Assembly (NCBI RefSeq): GCF_009914755.1
Contig: NC_060947.1
Strand: one strand, 5' to 3'
DNA length: 64,000 bases
DNA from: the human T2T-CHM13v2.0 reference genome, Homo sapiens
The position numbers were made by a program, and so were the translations under genes. This document shows positions 12,790 through 33,789 of the stretch, piece after piece. The notes beneath the pieces were generated by a model. The model saw nothing but the letters and a program-made list of their open reading frames with translations. It searched no databases and was not told the origin of the DNA. The number at the start of each line of letters is the position of its first letter. Position 1 is the first letter of the stretch.

Positions 12790-13088
12790 CAACACCCTTT
12801 CATAATTAAAAAAAACCCACTGAACGAACCAGAAATAGAAGAAAACTACTTCAAAATAATAAAAGTCATATGTGAAAAGCTCACAACTATCCTCATACTT
12901 AATGGTGAAAGACTGAAAGCTTTTCCTTTAAGATGAGGAACAAGACTAGGATGCTTGCAAACGTGAAAAATCACTTTCATTTCAATAAACTAACAATGAG
13001 CTATCTGAAAAGGAAATTTAGAAAACAATTCCACTTACAAGAGCAAAAAATATATAAAATATTTTGGAGTAAACTTAACCAAGGAGGC

Positions 13089-13442
13089 TGCTATGTTCGG
13101 AATTTTTGAATCCCCCAAATTCACATGTCAAAACCTAATCACTGATGTGATTAAATTAGGAGTTGGGGGAACGTTTTTAGGTAATTAGATCAGGAGGGTT
13201 TAGCTCTTATAGATGGGATTAGTGTCCTTATAAAAGAAGCCCCGGAAAGCTGCCTTGTCTCTTCCAACATGTAAGAACACAGGCAGAAGTTATCATCTAT
13301 GAACCAGAAAAACCTGGCCTCACCAGACACTTACCCTGCTGGTGCCTGGACTTCCCAACCTCCAGAGCTGTAAAAAATCATGTTGTTTATAAGCCACCAG
13401 GTTTATAGTATTTTGTTACAGCAGCCCAAACAGGATAAGACA
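13089..13442 (+). mobile_element. MLT1A-like MaLR solo LTR
   Basis: TGCTATG...GCAGCCCAAACAGGATAAGACA; degenerate TSD GAGGC/GAGTT. Confidence 0.8.
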
Positions 13443-13546
13443 GAGTTGAGCAACTTCTATATTGCAAACTACAATGCTGTGCTAAAACAAATTGAAGACA
13501 CCAATAAATACACATTTCAAATTCATAGACTGGAAGACTTCATATT

Positions 13547-14705
<1,159 letters not shown>

Positions 14706-15844
14706 AAGAAGACTTAATATTGTTAAGATGTGAAGAATATCCAAAGTAATTTACAGATTCAATGTAATTTCTATCCCAGTGTGAGCAACATTTTTTTCAT
14801 AAGTAGAAAAATTCATCTTCCAATTCATATAGAATCTCAAGATACTTTGAATAGCCAAAACAATCTTGAAAGAGAACAAAGTTAGAGATATCACACTTTG
14901 TGGTTTCAAAACTTTCTACAAAGTTACAGAAATCTAAACAATATAGTTTTGGCATAAAGACAGACATACAGACCAAGGGAGTAGGGTAAGGAACCAAGAA
15001 TTAAACTCTCACATATATGTGTGATTTTCCACAAGGATGCAAAGACCATTAAATGGTGGGTCAGTCTTTTCAACAAGTAGTTTTTGGAAAACTAAATATC
15101 CATATTCAAAAGAATAAAATTTGAACCTTACCTTTCACTACATACAAATGTTAACTCAAAATTGATCTAGGACTTAAACATAAGAGCTAGAACTCTAAAA
15201 CTCTTAGCATAAAACGTAGGCAGAAAGCTCTACGACATTTGATTTGGCAATGATTTATTGGATATGACATCACAGACAAAAATAAATAAATTGGACTACT
15301 ACATCAAAATTATAAACATCTGTGCAACAAAGGACAAAGTGAACAGAGGAAAAAGACAACCCACAGAGTATGAGAAAGTTGCATGGAAGAGAGAAGAGTG
15401 AGACAGGACAGCTGCCTACCGGGGATTGGCGTGGAGCCACGGGAGGGTCCCCACTGTGGGGAAATGGTGAGTAAGTGAGTCCTCAGTGAACTTTACTTCG
15501 GTTATGTATCTTTGCAATCCCAGAAACAGAAGATTCCCCTCCCCGATCCCTTCTCTACAGGGCATACAGACTGACATTGAGAGCTGCCTGAAGTCTGAGT
15601 AGAGATGCCCCTCAGACACACATGGAGTCCCAGGGGACTTGGAATCCTGAGCACCATTGCAGCAGTAGCTCCACTAACAAGGGAAGCCAGGCACTCTTGC
15701 ATGCCACCAGGATAAAAGCTGCATCCACAGTGTTGAGGACTGAACAGATTGCAGGCCTTGCCACTGCTACACCTTGCCAGACAAAGTCAACAGGCCTAGG
15801 GCCCCAAGGCAGCCACCCAACCAGCCCCTCTGAACTCTCAAGCC

Positions 15845-17010
15845 AGTGGCAGTTCCAGCTTTCCCTGGTATGAAACTCCCAAAGGAAAAGACAGCCCCCT
15901 ATTTTTGTGACTGCCACAGCCCCTGCTCCTACTGACCTCAGGCTCGAGAGCAAAACGCTTAAGAACTATTGCAGGCCTCCAGCACAATGCCACCACACTT
16001 CGCAGAAAAGTGGCCAGACTATTTTCCACCCATGTCCCTGACCTTCCTACTCCTCACTGTGCAGGACCTCTAAACATGGGACCCAAGCACAGCCACCACA
16101 GCACTTGAGCTCTTGGACACGTAGCAGCTCTGCATTTCCCTGAAACAGAGAATTCAGAGGTAGAAGGCTTACCATTTTTCCTGCTCTGCAGTTTCCACTC
16201 CTACTGCCCTCAGGCTCTGGAGGGAGTGAAGAACTTAAAAACTATCACAGGTCTCCAGCACAACTGACTTGAGAAAAGTGGCCAGATTGTTTTCAGTGCA
16301 GTTCCTTGCCGCTGTTGCTCCTCACTGGACAGTGTCTCTCAACCTGGGCCCTTAGCACAGCTGCACTCTCCCCACTTGAACATTTCAGTTAATGGTGGCT
16401 CTGCATTTGTCTGGGAAAGTAATCCCAGAGTAAACCCACAGACCCTCGGCCATAGCAGCTGCAGTGGAAACGTTCTTACTTCCCTTGGGCTGGGGAATAA
16501 AAGAATGTGCCTAGTCGCTTTACCGGCACCTCCAATACATCACAGCTGCCATATAGACGGGAGCCCAGTCTCTCTTCCCTGTGAACCTCCACCCCCTACC
16601 CTTCAGCAGGCAAGGCCCCAAGCTTGGACCCACAGTGCAGCTGACCCACCCAAGAATGAACATTCCCATTGGCAGCAGCTTTGCATTTCTGGAGTGGAGC
16701 TCCCAGAAGCAACTGCAAGTCCCTCTGACATTGCCACTGCAATGCTATTGTCCTTGCTGCATTCAGACTGGGAAAGGAACAAGGACCCTGAGTGCCTTAC
16801 TTGCATCTCCAATATGCTTCAGCTGCCTTATAAAGAAGAGGCCAGTCTGTCTTCCTCTGAACCCACTGATTCCCCTGCTTATCGCCAGGCAGGTCCCTCG
16901 GGCTTGGACCCACGATGCAGCTTCGCCACCCCGGGCTGATCATTTTGATTCGCAGCGGCTCTGCATTTATCTGGAGTGGAGCCCTAAGAGACAAGTGAAA
17001 GACCCTCTGC
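15845..17010 (+). repeat. ~275-bp diverged tandem monomers in the L1 5'UTR
   Basis: GCAGCTCTGCATTT(C)CTGG-like motif recurs at ~15845, 16121, 16392, 16670 and 16951. Confidence 0.75.
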
Positions 17011-17243
17011 CCAAAGGCTCCTAGATCTGATAAACAATTTCAGCAAAGTTTCAGAATACAAAATCAATGTACATAAATAAGTGGCACTTCTTTACACTAA
17101 TAACATCCAAGCAGAGAGCAAAATAAAGAAACAATCCCATTCTCAATAGCCACATGAAGAATAAAATACATAGAAATACAGCTAACCATGCAAGTGAAAG
17201 ATCTCGTTAATGAGAGACTTTCCAAAACACTGGAAAGTGTTTT

Positions 17244-19668
<2,425 letters not shown>

Positions 19669-20482
19669 TGATTTCTTTGGAAACACTTGGCTAGAAATCA
19701 GTGATGGCACAAACAAAAAGAAAATCATTCCATGCTCATGGATAGGAGGATTTAATACTGTTAAAATGACCACACTGCCCAAAGCAATTTACAGATCCAG
19801 TGTTGTTCCTATCAAACTACTAAAACTGTTTTTCACAGAATAAGAAAATTCCATTTTAAAATTTATTTTTAAGAAAAAACAGCCCCATATCCATAGCAAT
19901 GCTATACAGAAAGAACAAAGCTGGAAGCATCTCATGACCCAATTTGAAATTATACTGCAAGACTACAGCAACAAAAAGCAACATGGTACAGATACAAAAA
20001 CAGACAAATAGACAAAGGGAATAGATTACAGAACTCAGAAATAAAACTGAACATCTACAACCATCTGATCTTTGACAAAGCTGTCAATAAGAAATGGTGA
20101 AACTACTCCCTATTCAATAAATACTGCCAGAATAACTGGCTAGCCATATGCAGAAGATTGAAACTGAACCCCTTCCTTTCACCATATACAAATATCAACT
20201 CAAGATGGATTAAAGACTTAAATGTAAAACTTAAAACTATAAAGCCTTAGAAGACAACCTTGTCAATGTCATTCTGGACATAGGAACTGGCAAAATTTTA
20301 TGACCAAGATACCAAAACATTTGCAAAAAGGCAAAAATTGATAAGTGGGACCCAATTAAATGAAACAGTTTCAACACAGCTAAAGAAACTATCAACAAAG
20401 TAAAGGGACACTCTATTAAATGAAAAAAAATATTTTCAAGCTATTCATCTGACAATCTCATACTCAGAATCTGTATGGAGCT

Positions 20483-21133
20483 CTAACAAATCAACAAGCA
20501 AAAATCAAACAACCCCATTAAAAATGGGCATAGGACATAAGCAGAAAACATGCACGCAGTCAGCAAGCATATGCAAAAAAATTCAGTATCACTGATCATT
20601 AGGGAAATGCAAACCAAATTGACAATGAGATACCATCTCACACCAATCAAAATGGCTATCTTAAAAAAAAAAACTTTTTGAGGGGTGGAGCCAAGATGGC
20701 CGAATAGGAACAGCTCTGGTCTACAGCTCCCAGCCTGAGCGACACAGAGGATGGGTGATTTCTGCATTTCCATCTGAGGTACTGGGCTCATCTCACTAGG
20801 GAGTGCCAGACAGTGGGTGCAGGACAGTGGGTGCAGCGCACCATTCATGAGCCAAAGCAGGGTGAGGCATTGCCTCACTTGGGAAGCACAAGGGGTCAGG
20901 GATTTGCCTTTCCTAGCCAAAGAAAGGGGTGACAGACAGCACCTGGAATATCGGGTCACTCCCACCCTAATACTGCACTTTTCCAACAGGCTTGAAAAAC
21001 GGGACACCAGGAGATTATATCCTGCACCTGGCTCAGAGGGTCCTACGCCCATGGAGTGTCACTGATTGCTAGCACAGCAGTCTGAGATCAAACTGCAAGG
21101 CCGCAGTGAGGCTGGGGGAGGGGTGCCTGCCAT
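20483..21133 (-). pseudogene. L1 ORF0, interrupted by a stop; downstream ATG opens a 189-aa frame
   Basis: ATG at 21133 gives MAGTPPPASLRPCSLISDCCASNQ*; in-frame ATG at 21052 gives MGVGPSEPGAGY... Confidence 0.8.
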
Positions 21134-21707
21134 TGCCCAGGCTTGATTAGGGAAACAAAGCAGCCAGGAAGCTCGAACTGGGTGGAGCCCACCACAGCTC
21201 AAAGAGGCCTGCCTGCCTCTGTAGGCTCCACCTGTGGGGGCAGGGCACAGACAAACAAAAAGACAGCAGTAACCTCTGCAGGCTTAAATGTCCATCTGAC
21301 AGCTTTGAAGAGAGTAGTGGTTCTCCCTGCACACAGCTGGAGATCTGAGAATGGGCAGACTGCCTCCTCAAGTGGGTCCTTGACCCCTGAGCAGCCTAAC
21401 TGGGAGGCACCTCCCAGTAGGGGCAGACTGACACCTCACACGGCCGGGTACTCCTCTGAGACAAAACTTCCAGAGGATCAATCAGACAGCAGCATTTGCA
21501 GTTCACCAAGATCCGCTGTACTACAGCCACCACTGCTGATACCCAGGCAAACAGGGTCTGGCATGGACCTCTAGCAAACTCCAACAGACCTGCAGCTGAG
21601 GGTCCTGTCTGTTAGAAGGAAAACTAACAAACAGAAAGGTCATCCACACCAAAATCCCTTGTGTACGTCACCATCATCAAAGACCAAATGTAGATAAAAC
21701 CACAAAG
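20680..21707 (+). promoter_or_regulatory. L1 5'UTR (sense and antisense promoter region) with YY1 site
   Basis: CAAGATGGCC at 20692-20701; many CpGs decayed to TG/CA. Confidence 0.8.
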
Positions 21708-22726
21708 ATGGGGAAAAAACAGAGCAGAAAAACTGGAAACTCGAAAAAGCAGAGTGCCTCTCCTTCTCCAAAGGAACGCAACTCCTCAACAGCAATGGAA
21801 CAAAGCTGGATGGAAAATGACTTTGAAGAGCTAAGAGAAGAAGGCTTCAGACGATCAAACTACTCCAAGCTACAGGAGGAAATTCAAATCAATGGCAAAG
21901 AAGTTAAAAATTTTGAAAAAAAATTAGAGGAATGTATAACTAGAATAACCAATGCAGAGAAGTGCTTAAAGGAGGTGATGGAGCTGAAAGCCAAGGCTCA
22001 AGAAGTACGTGAAGAATGCAGAAGCCTCATGAGCCTATGCGATCAACTGGAAGAAAGGGTATCAGTGATGGAAGATCAAATGAATGAAATGAAGCAAGAA
22101 GGGAAGTTTAGAGAAAAAAGAATAAAAAGAAATGTACAAAGCCTCCAGGAAATATGGGACTATGTGAAAAGACCAAATCTACGTCTGACTGGTGTACCTG
22201 AAAATGACGGGGAGAATGGAACCAAGTTGGAAAACACTCTGCAGGATATTATCCAGGAGAACTTCCCCAATCTAGCAAGGCAGGCCAACATTCAGATTCA
22301 GGAAATACAGAGAACGCCACAAAGATACTCCTCGAGAAGAGCAACTCCAAGACACATAATTGTCAGATTCGCCGAAGTTGAAATGAAGGAAAAAAATGTT
22401 AAGGGCAGCCAGAGAGAAAAGTCAGGTTACCCACAAAGGGAAGCCCATCAGACTAACAGCGGATGTCTTGGCAGAAAATCTACAAGCCAGAAGAGAGTGT
22501 GGGGTGAATATTCAACATTCTTAAAGAAAAGAATTTTCAACCCAGAATTTCATATCCAGCCAAACTAAGCTTCATAAGTGAAGGAGAAATAAAATACTTT
22601 ACAGACAAGGAAATGCTGAGAGATTTTGTCACCACCAGGCCTTCCCTAAAAGAGCTCCTGAAGGAAGCGCTAAACATGGAAAGGAACAACCAGTACCAGC
22701 CACTGCAAAAACATGCCAAAATATAA
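21708..22726 (+). pseudogene. L1 ORF1p, frameshifted near 22390
   Basis: MGKKQSRKTGNSK...EIWDYVKRPNLRL...; frame lost in the A-run after VEMKEK. Confidence 0.93.
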
Positions 22727-22789
22727 AGACCGTCAAGGCTAGGAAGAAACTGCATCAACTAACGAGCAAAATAACAAGCTAACATCTTA

Positions 22790-24368
<1,579 letters not shown>

Positions 24369-25536
24369 CTGAATAGGTAATGGATGGACATAGAAACCCA
24401 TATGTGATTAAGTAAAGATAGAAATCTGCTTATACTACAGTTTCTAGGTAACAGTTATAGTGATACTTACTGTACAACTCAGTTGACCTCTCTGGGTGTT
24501 TAATAAGTTTTATAATAAAATATTAGCAAAAATGGAATTATGCTAAGTATACATTTTGTACACTACTTAACTCACCTTCAGTATAGCTTGATTATATGTC
24601 CTCATTATTTTATGTGCTACTGATATCATTTCAAGGAACATATTCTGTCATTTTGGCCTTAGAGTGTGTTTTATAATTTTGTGGTCATTAGCTTGCTAAA
24701 TTGCATGAGAGTGAAAACTTGGTTCTCTAGTGAAAAAATATTGCCTCAGAATTATTTCCTTGAGATAATATCTTCAGGGTCAGAAGATACATAAAGTTTT
24801 AGGTGGTGGTACATATTTTCTAGAGCAACTCCCAAATGATGCATATAAATTTGCAACTGTACCAATAGGATGAGAGGGCTAGTTTGCAAGATGGGAGCCA
24901 ATGCAAAAACATATGATCATCTATTATTCATTTATTTGGGTATGTCTTTTTTGGAATTCTTGGTCTATAAAAACTTGAATAATTACTTTAAGTATAATCT
25001 TATAAATAAAAAATAATTAAAGAAATATCAGAAAATGCAAGTCAAAATGAGACGATAAATGGTAACCATATTTCTTATCACTATTAATAACTTTTTAATA
25101 TATAATTCTGTTCTTTACTCTGAGATTGGGGTGGAGAAAATAATGAACACTGGAGAAACACACACAATGTCTGCCTTCGACACCAACCTGGAAAAAACAG
25201 CATAGTTTCAGTTAACCCAGACGAAATGGTAGAAACTGCAAGGTTACATTAAGAAACACAAACACATACACGCCCACAAACTATAATATGAATTAGTAAG
25301 GATAATACTATAGAAGATACGGCAAAAAAATTAAGAAGATACTATTACAAAGAAACAAATCTGTGGACAGGGAGAATTTTAACTGAATATTCAGTTATTT
25401 GATACAGACAAAGAGAAAGTAAAACTGATATATCTAGAAACCAAACTATTGGCTAAATGTTAGATCTGTTTCACAACACAGAGAAAATGTATCAAAGAAG
25501 TTTTAGATTTACATTTCAAAATGACTGGGGCTCTGA

Positions 25537-25855
<319 letters not shown>

Positions 25856-26455
25856 CAGTTGTCTAAAGAAAGGCTGAGGCAGGCTAAGTGCCAAGTAGGT
25901 AAACATAAAGTAGAGAAGAGAATAAACTTTTATCTTGATGCAGTTTATGAAACAGAAGGTCTGGATCTGCTTTTCATGGCTTCTAGGATCCCCATAGCAC
26001 TGTGCTGATCAGGAATGGTCTCATAGTACTTCCTGAATTTTGATTAAGGGAGTCACAGGTAAGGGATGGAAGCTAGACTTGACACTGGGCTATGCATTTC
26101 AAAGCACTCTACAAACTAGGAAATGGAAGCAGCCTAGTCCTAGGATTAGAACCCAGAGTACTTGGCTAAGGAGTAAAGTTTGAAAGAATCATGTCTCAGG
26201 AATTTTAAAGCACTCACTGATCAGTAGATGTAGCTGGACCAGGTTCAAGGATTCAGATGTCAGAAGAAGGATTGAAGGTGGACTTGGATCATTCGATCTT
26301 AAGGCACTATACTTGTCAGGAATTGAGAATCATAAGTATCCTTGGCTAAGGATATTGTCTTGAATATCAGAGTCCATTTTTTAAAAGCTTTGTCCTAGCA
26401 CCATTTATTAAATAGGGAATCCTTTCCCCATTTCTTGTTTTTGTCAGGTTACTCA

Positions 26456-27246
<791 letters not shown>

Positions 27247-29423
27247 CTAAGGGAATGCTCCCACTTTTTGCTCATTCAGTATGATATTGGCTGTGGGTTT
27301 GTCATAGATAGCTCTTATTATTTTGAGATACGTCCCATCAATACCTAATTTATTGAGCATTTTAACATGAAGTGTTGTTGAATTTTGTCAAAGGCCTTTT
27401 CTGCATCTACTGAGATAATCATGTGGTTTTTGTCGTTGGTTCTGTTTACATGCTGGATTATGTATATTGATTTGCATATGTTGAACCAGCCTTGCATCCC
27501 AGGGATGAAGCCCACTTCATCATGGTGGTTAAGCTTTTTGATGTGCTGCTGGATTCGGTTTACCAGTATTTTATTGAGGGTTTTTCCATCGATATTCATC
27601 AGGGATAATGGTCTAAAATTCTCTTTTTTTGCTGTGTCTCTGCCAGGCTTTGGTATCAGGATGATGCTGGCCTCATAAAATGAGTTAGGGAGGATTCCCT
27701 CTTTTTCTATTGATTGGAATAGTTTCAGAAGGAATGGTACGAGCTCCTCCTTGTACTTCTGGTAGATATCGGTTGTGAATCCATCTGGTCCTGGACTTGT
27801 TTTGGTTGGTAAGCTATTAATTATTGCCACAATTTTAGAGCCTGTTATTGGTCTATTCAGAGATTCAACTTCCTCCTGGTTTAGTCTTGGGAGGGTGTAT
27901 GTGTCTAGGAATTCATCCATTTCTTCTAGTTTTTCTAGTTTATTTGCGTAGAGGTGTTTATACTATTCTCCGATGTTAGTTTGTACTTCTGTGGGATCCT
28001 CCTATATCACTTTTTATTGCGTCTAGTTGATTCTTCTCTCTTTTCTTCTTTATTAATCTTGCTAGCAGTCTATCAATTTTGTTGATCTTTTCAAAAACGC
28101 AGCTCCTGGATTCAGTGATTTTTTGAAGGTTTTTTGTGTCTCTATTTCCTTCAGCTCTGCTGTGATCTTAGTTATTTCTTGCCTTCTGCTAGCTTTTGAA
28201 TGTTTGCTCTTGCTTCTCTAGTTCTTTATTTGTGATGTTAGGGTGTCAATTTTAGATCTTTCCTGCTTTCTCTTGTGGACATTTAGTGCTATAAATTTCC
28301 CTCTACACACTGCTTTGAATGTGTTCCAGAGATTCTGGTATGTTGTGTCTTTGTTCTCATTGTTTTCAAATAACATCTTTATTTCTGCCTTCATTTCGTT
28401 ATGTACCCAGTAGTCATTCAGGAGCAGGTTGTTCAGTTTCCATGTAGTTGAGTGGTTTTGAGTGAGTTTCTTAATCCTGAGTTCTAGTTTGATTGCACTG
28501 TGGTCTGAGAGACAGTTTGTTAAATTTCTGTTCCTTTACATTTGCTGAGGAATGCTTTACTTCCAACAATGTGGTCAATTTTGGACTAAGTGTGGTGTAC
28601 TGCTGAGAAGAATGTATATTCTGTTGATTTGGGGTGGAGAGTTCTGTAGATGTCTATTAGGTCTGCTTGATGCAGAGCTGAGTTCAATTCCTGGATATCC
28701 TTGTTAACTTTCTGTCTCGTCGATCTGTCTAATATTGACAGTGGGGTGTTAAAGTCTCCCATTATTATTGTGTGAGAGTCTAAGTCTCTTTGTAGGCCCC
28801 TAAAGACTTGCTTTATGAATCTGGATGCTCCTGTATTGGGTGCATATATATTTAGTATAGTTAGCTCTTCTTGTTGAATTGATCCCTTTACCATTATGTA
28901 ATGGCCTTCTTTGTCTCTTTTGATCTTTGTTGGTTTAAAGTCTGTTTTATCCAAGACTAGGATATTTTGTTTTTTTGTTTTCCATTTGCTGCCTTTTTTT
29001 GTTTTCCATTTGCTTGGTATTTCTTCCTCTATCCCTTTATTTTCAGCCTATGTGTGTCTCTGCACGTGAGATGGGTTTCCTGAATACAGCACACTGACAG
29101 GTCTTGACCCTTTAAACAATTTGCCAGACTGTGTCTTTTAATTGGAGCACTTAGCCCATTTACACTTAAGGTTAATATTGTTATGTGTGAGTTTGATCCT
29201 GTCATTATGATGTTAGCTTGTTATTTTGCTCGTCAGTTGATGCAGTTTCTTCCTCGCCTTGATGGTCTTCACAATTTGGCATGTTGTTGCAGGGGCTGGT
29301 ACCAATTGTGCCTTTCCATGTTTAGTGCTTCCTTCAGGAGCTCTTTTAGGGCAGGCCTGGTGGTGAAAAAATCTCTCAGCATTTCCTTGTCTGTAAAGGA
29401 TTTTATTTCTCCTTCATTTATGA

Positions 29424-31691
<2,268 letters not shown>

Positions 31692-32655
31692 AAGAATGTT
31701 GAATATTGGTCCCCACTCTCTTCTGGCTTGTAGGGTTACTGCTGAGAGATCAGCCGTTAGTCTGATGGGCTTCCCTTTGTGGGTAACCCGACCTTTCTCT
31801 CTGGCTGCCCTTAACATTTTTTCCTTCATTTCAACTTTGGCGAATCTGACAACTATGTTTCTTGGAGTTGCTCTTCTTGAGGAATATCTTCTTGGCAGTC
31901 TCTGTATTTCCTGAATTTGAATGTTGGCCTGCCTTGCTAGACTGGGGAAGTTCTCCTGAATAATATCCTTCAGAGTGTTTTCCCACTTGGTTCCATTCTC
32001 CCTGTCACTTTCAGGTACACCAATCAGACATAGATTTGGTCTTTTCACATAGTCCCATATTTCTTGGAGGCTTTTTTTGTTTCTTGCATTCTCTTTTTCT
32101 CTAAACTTCTCTTCTCGCTTCATTTCACTCATTTGATCTTCCATCACTGATACCCTTTCTTCCAGTTGATCGAATCGGCTGCTGAGGCTTGTGCATTCAT
32201 CTCGTAGTTCTTGTGCCTTGGTTTTCAGCTGCATCAGGTCCTTTAAGGACTTCTCTGCATTGGTTATTCTAGTTAGCCATTCGTCTAATTTTTTTTCAAA
32301 GTTTTTAACTTCTTTGCCATGGGTTCGGAGTTCCTCTTTTAGCTTGGAGTAGTTTGATCATCTGAAGCCTTCTTAATTCAACTCGTCAAAGTCATTGTCT
32401 GTCCAGCTTTGTTCCATTGCTGGTGAAGGGCTGCGTTCCTATGGAGGAGGAGAGGCGCTCTGATTTTTAGAGTGTCCAGTTTTTCTGCTCTTTTTCCGCA
32501 TCTTTGTGGTTTTATCTACCTTTGGTCTTTGATGATGGTGACGTACAGATGGGGTTTTGGTGTGGATGTCCCTTCTGTTTGTTAGTTTTCCTTCTAACAG
32601 TCAGGACCCTCAGACCTAAAACCATAAAACCCTAGAAGAAAACCTAGGCATTACC

Positions 32656-33639
32656 ATGCAGGACATAGGCATGGGCAAGGACTTCATGTCTAAAACACCA
32701 AAAGCAATGGCAACAAAAGCCAAAATTGACAAACGAGATATAATTAAACTAAAGAGCTTCTGCACAGCAAAAGAAACTACAAGCAGAGTGAACAGGCAAC
32801 CTACAGAATGGGAGAAAATTGTTGCAATCTACTCATCTCACAAAGGGCTAATATCCAGAATCTACAAAGAACTCAAACAAATTTACAAGAAAAAGACAAA
32901 CAACCCCATCAAAAAGTGGGCGAAGGATATGAACAGACACTTCTCAAAAGAAGACATTTATGCAGCCAAAAGACACGTGAAAAAATGCTCATCATCACTG
33001 GCCATCAGAGAAACGCAAATCAAAACCACAATGAGATACCATCTCACACCAGTTAGAATGGCGATCATTAAAATGTCAGGAAACAATAGGTGCTGGAGAG
33101 GATGTGGAGAAATAGGAATACTTTTACACTGTTGGTGGGACTGTAAACTAGTTCAACCATTGTGGAAGTCGGTGTGGCAATTTTTCAGGGATGTAGAACT
33201 AGAAATACCATTTGACCCAGCCATCCCATTACTGGGTATATACCCAAAGGATTATAAGTCATGCTGGTATAAAGACACATGCACACATATGTTTATAGCA
33301 GCACTATTCACAATAGCAAAAACTTGCAACCAACCGAAATGTCCAACAATGATAGACTGGATTAAGAATATATGGCACATATCCACCATGGACTACTATG
33401 TGGCAATAAAAAAGGATGAGTTCATGTCCTTTGTAGTTACATGGATGAATCTGGAAACCATCATTCTCAGCAAACTATCACAAGGACAAAAAAACAAAGA
33501 CCGCATGTTCTCACTCATAGGTCGAAATTTAACAATGAGAACACATGGACACAGGAAGAGGAACATCACACACCAGGGTCTGTTGTTGGGTGGGGGGAGG
33601 GAGAGGGATGTTATTGGAGATATACCTAATGTTAAATGA
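32656..33639 (+). pseudogene. L1 ORF2 C-terminal fragment reading through into the 3'UTR
   Basis: 327-aa ORF with CWRGC...HCWWDC; normal GGN* stop lost. Confidence 0.88.
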
Positions 33640-33789
33640 TGCGTTACTGGGTGCAGCACACCAACATGGCACATGTATGCATATCTAACTAACCTGCACA
33701 TTGTGCACATGTACCTTAAATCTTAAAGTATAATAAAAAAAGGTGGGGGGGAAAAGCTTGGTCCTTAGGGTGCCATGTTTCTCTACCTC

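Noticed and set aside
16376-17024. Overlapping 147-187 aa ORFs
   Set aside because: Incidental frames in a GC-rich L1 5'UTR; no recognisable domain
26161-26352. CTTGGCTAAGGA repeated 180 bp apart
   Set aside because: Only a 12-bp match with no element or tail between; compatible with chance
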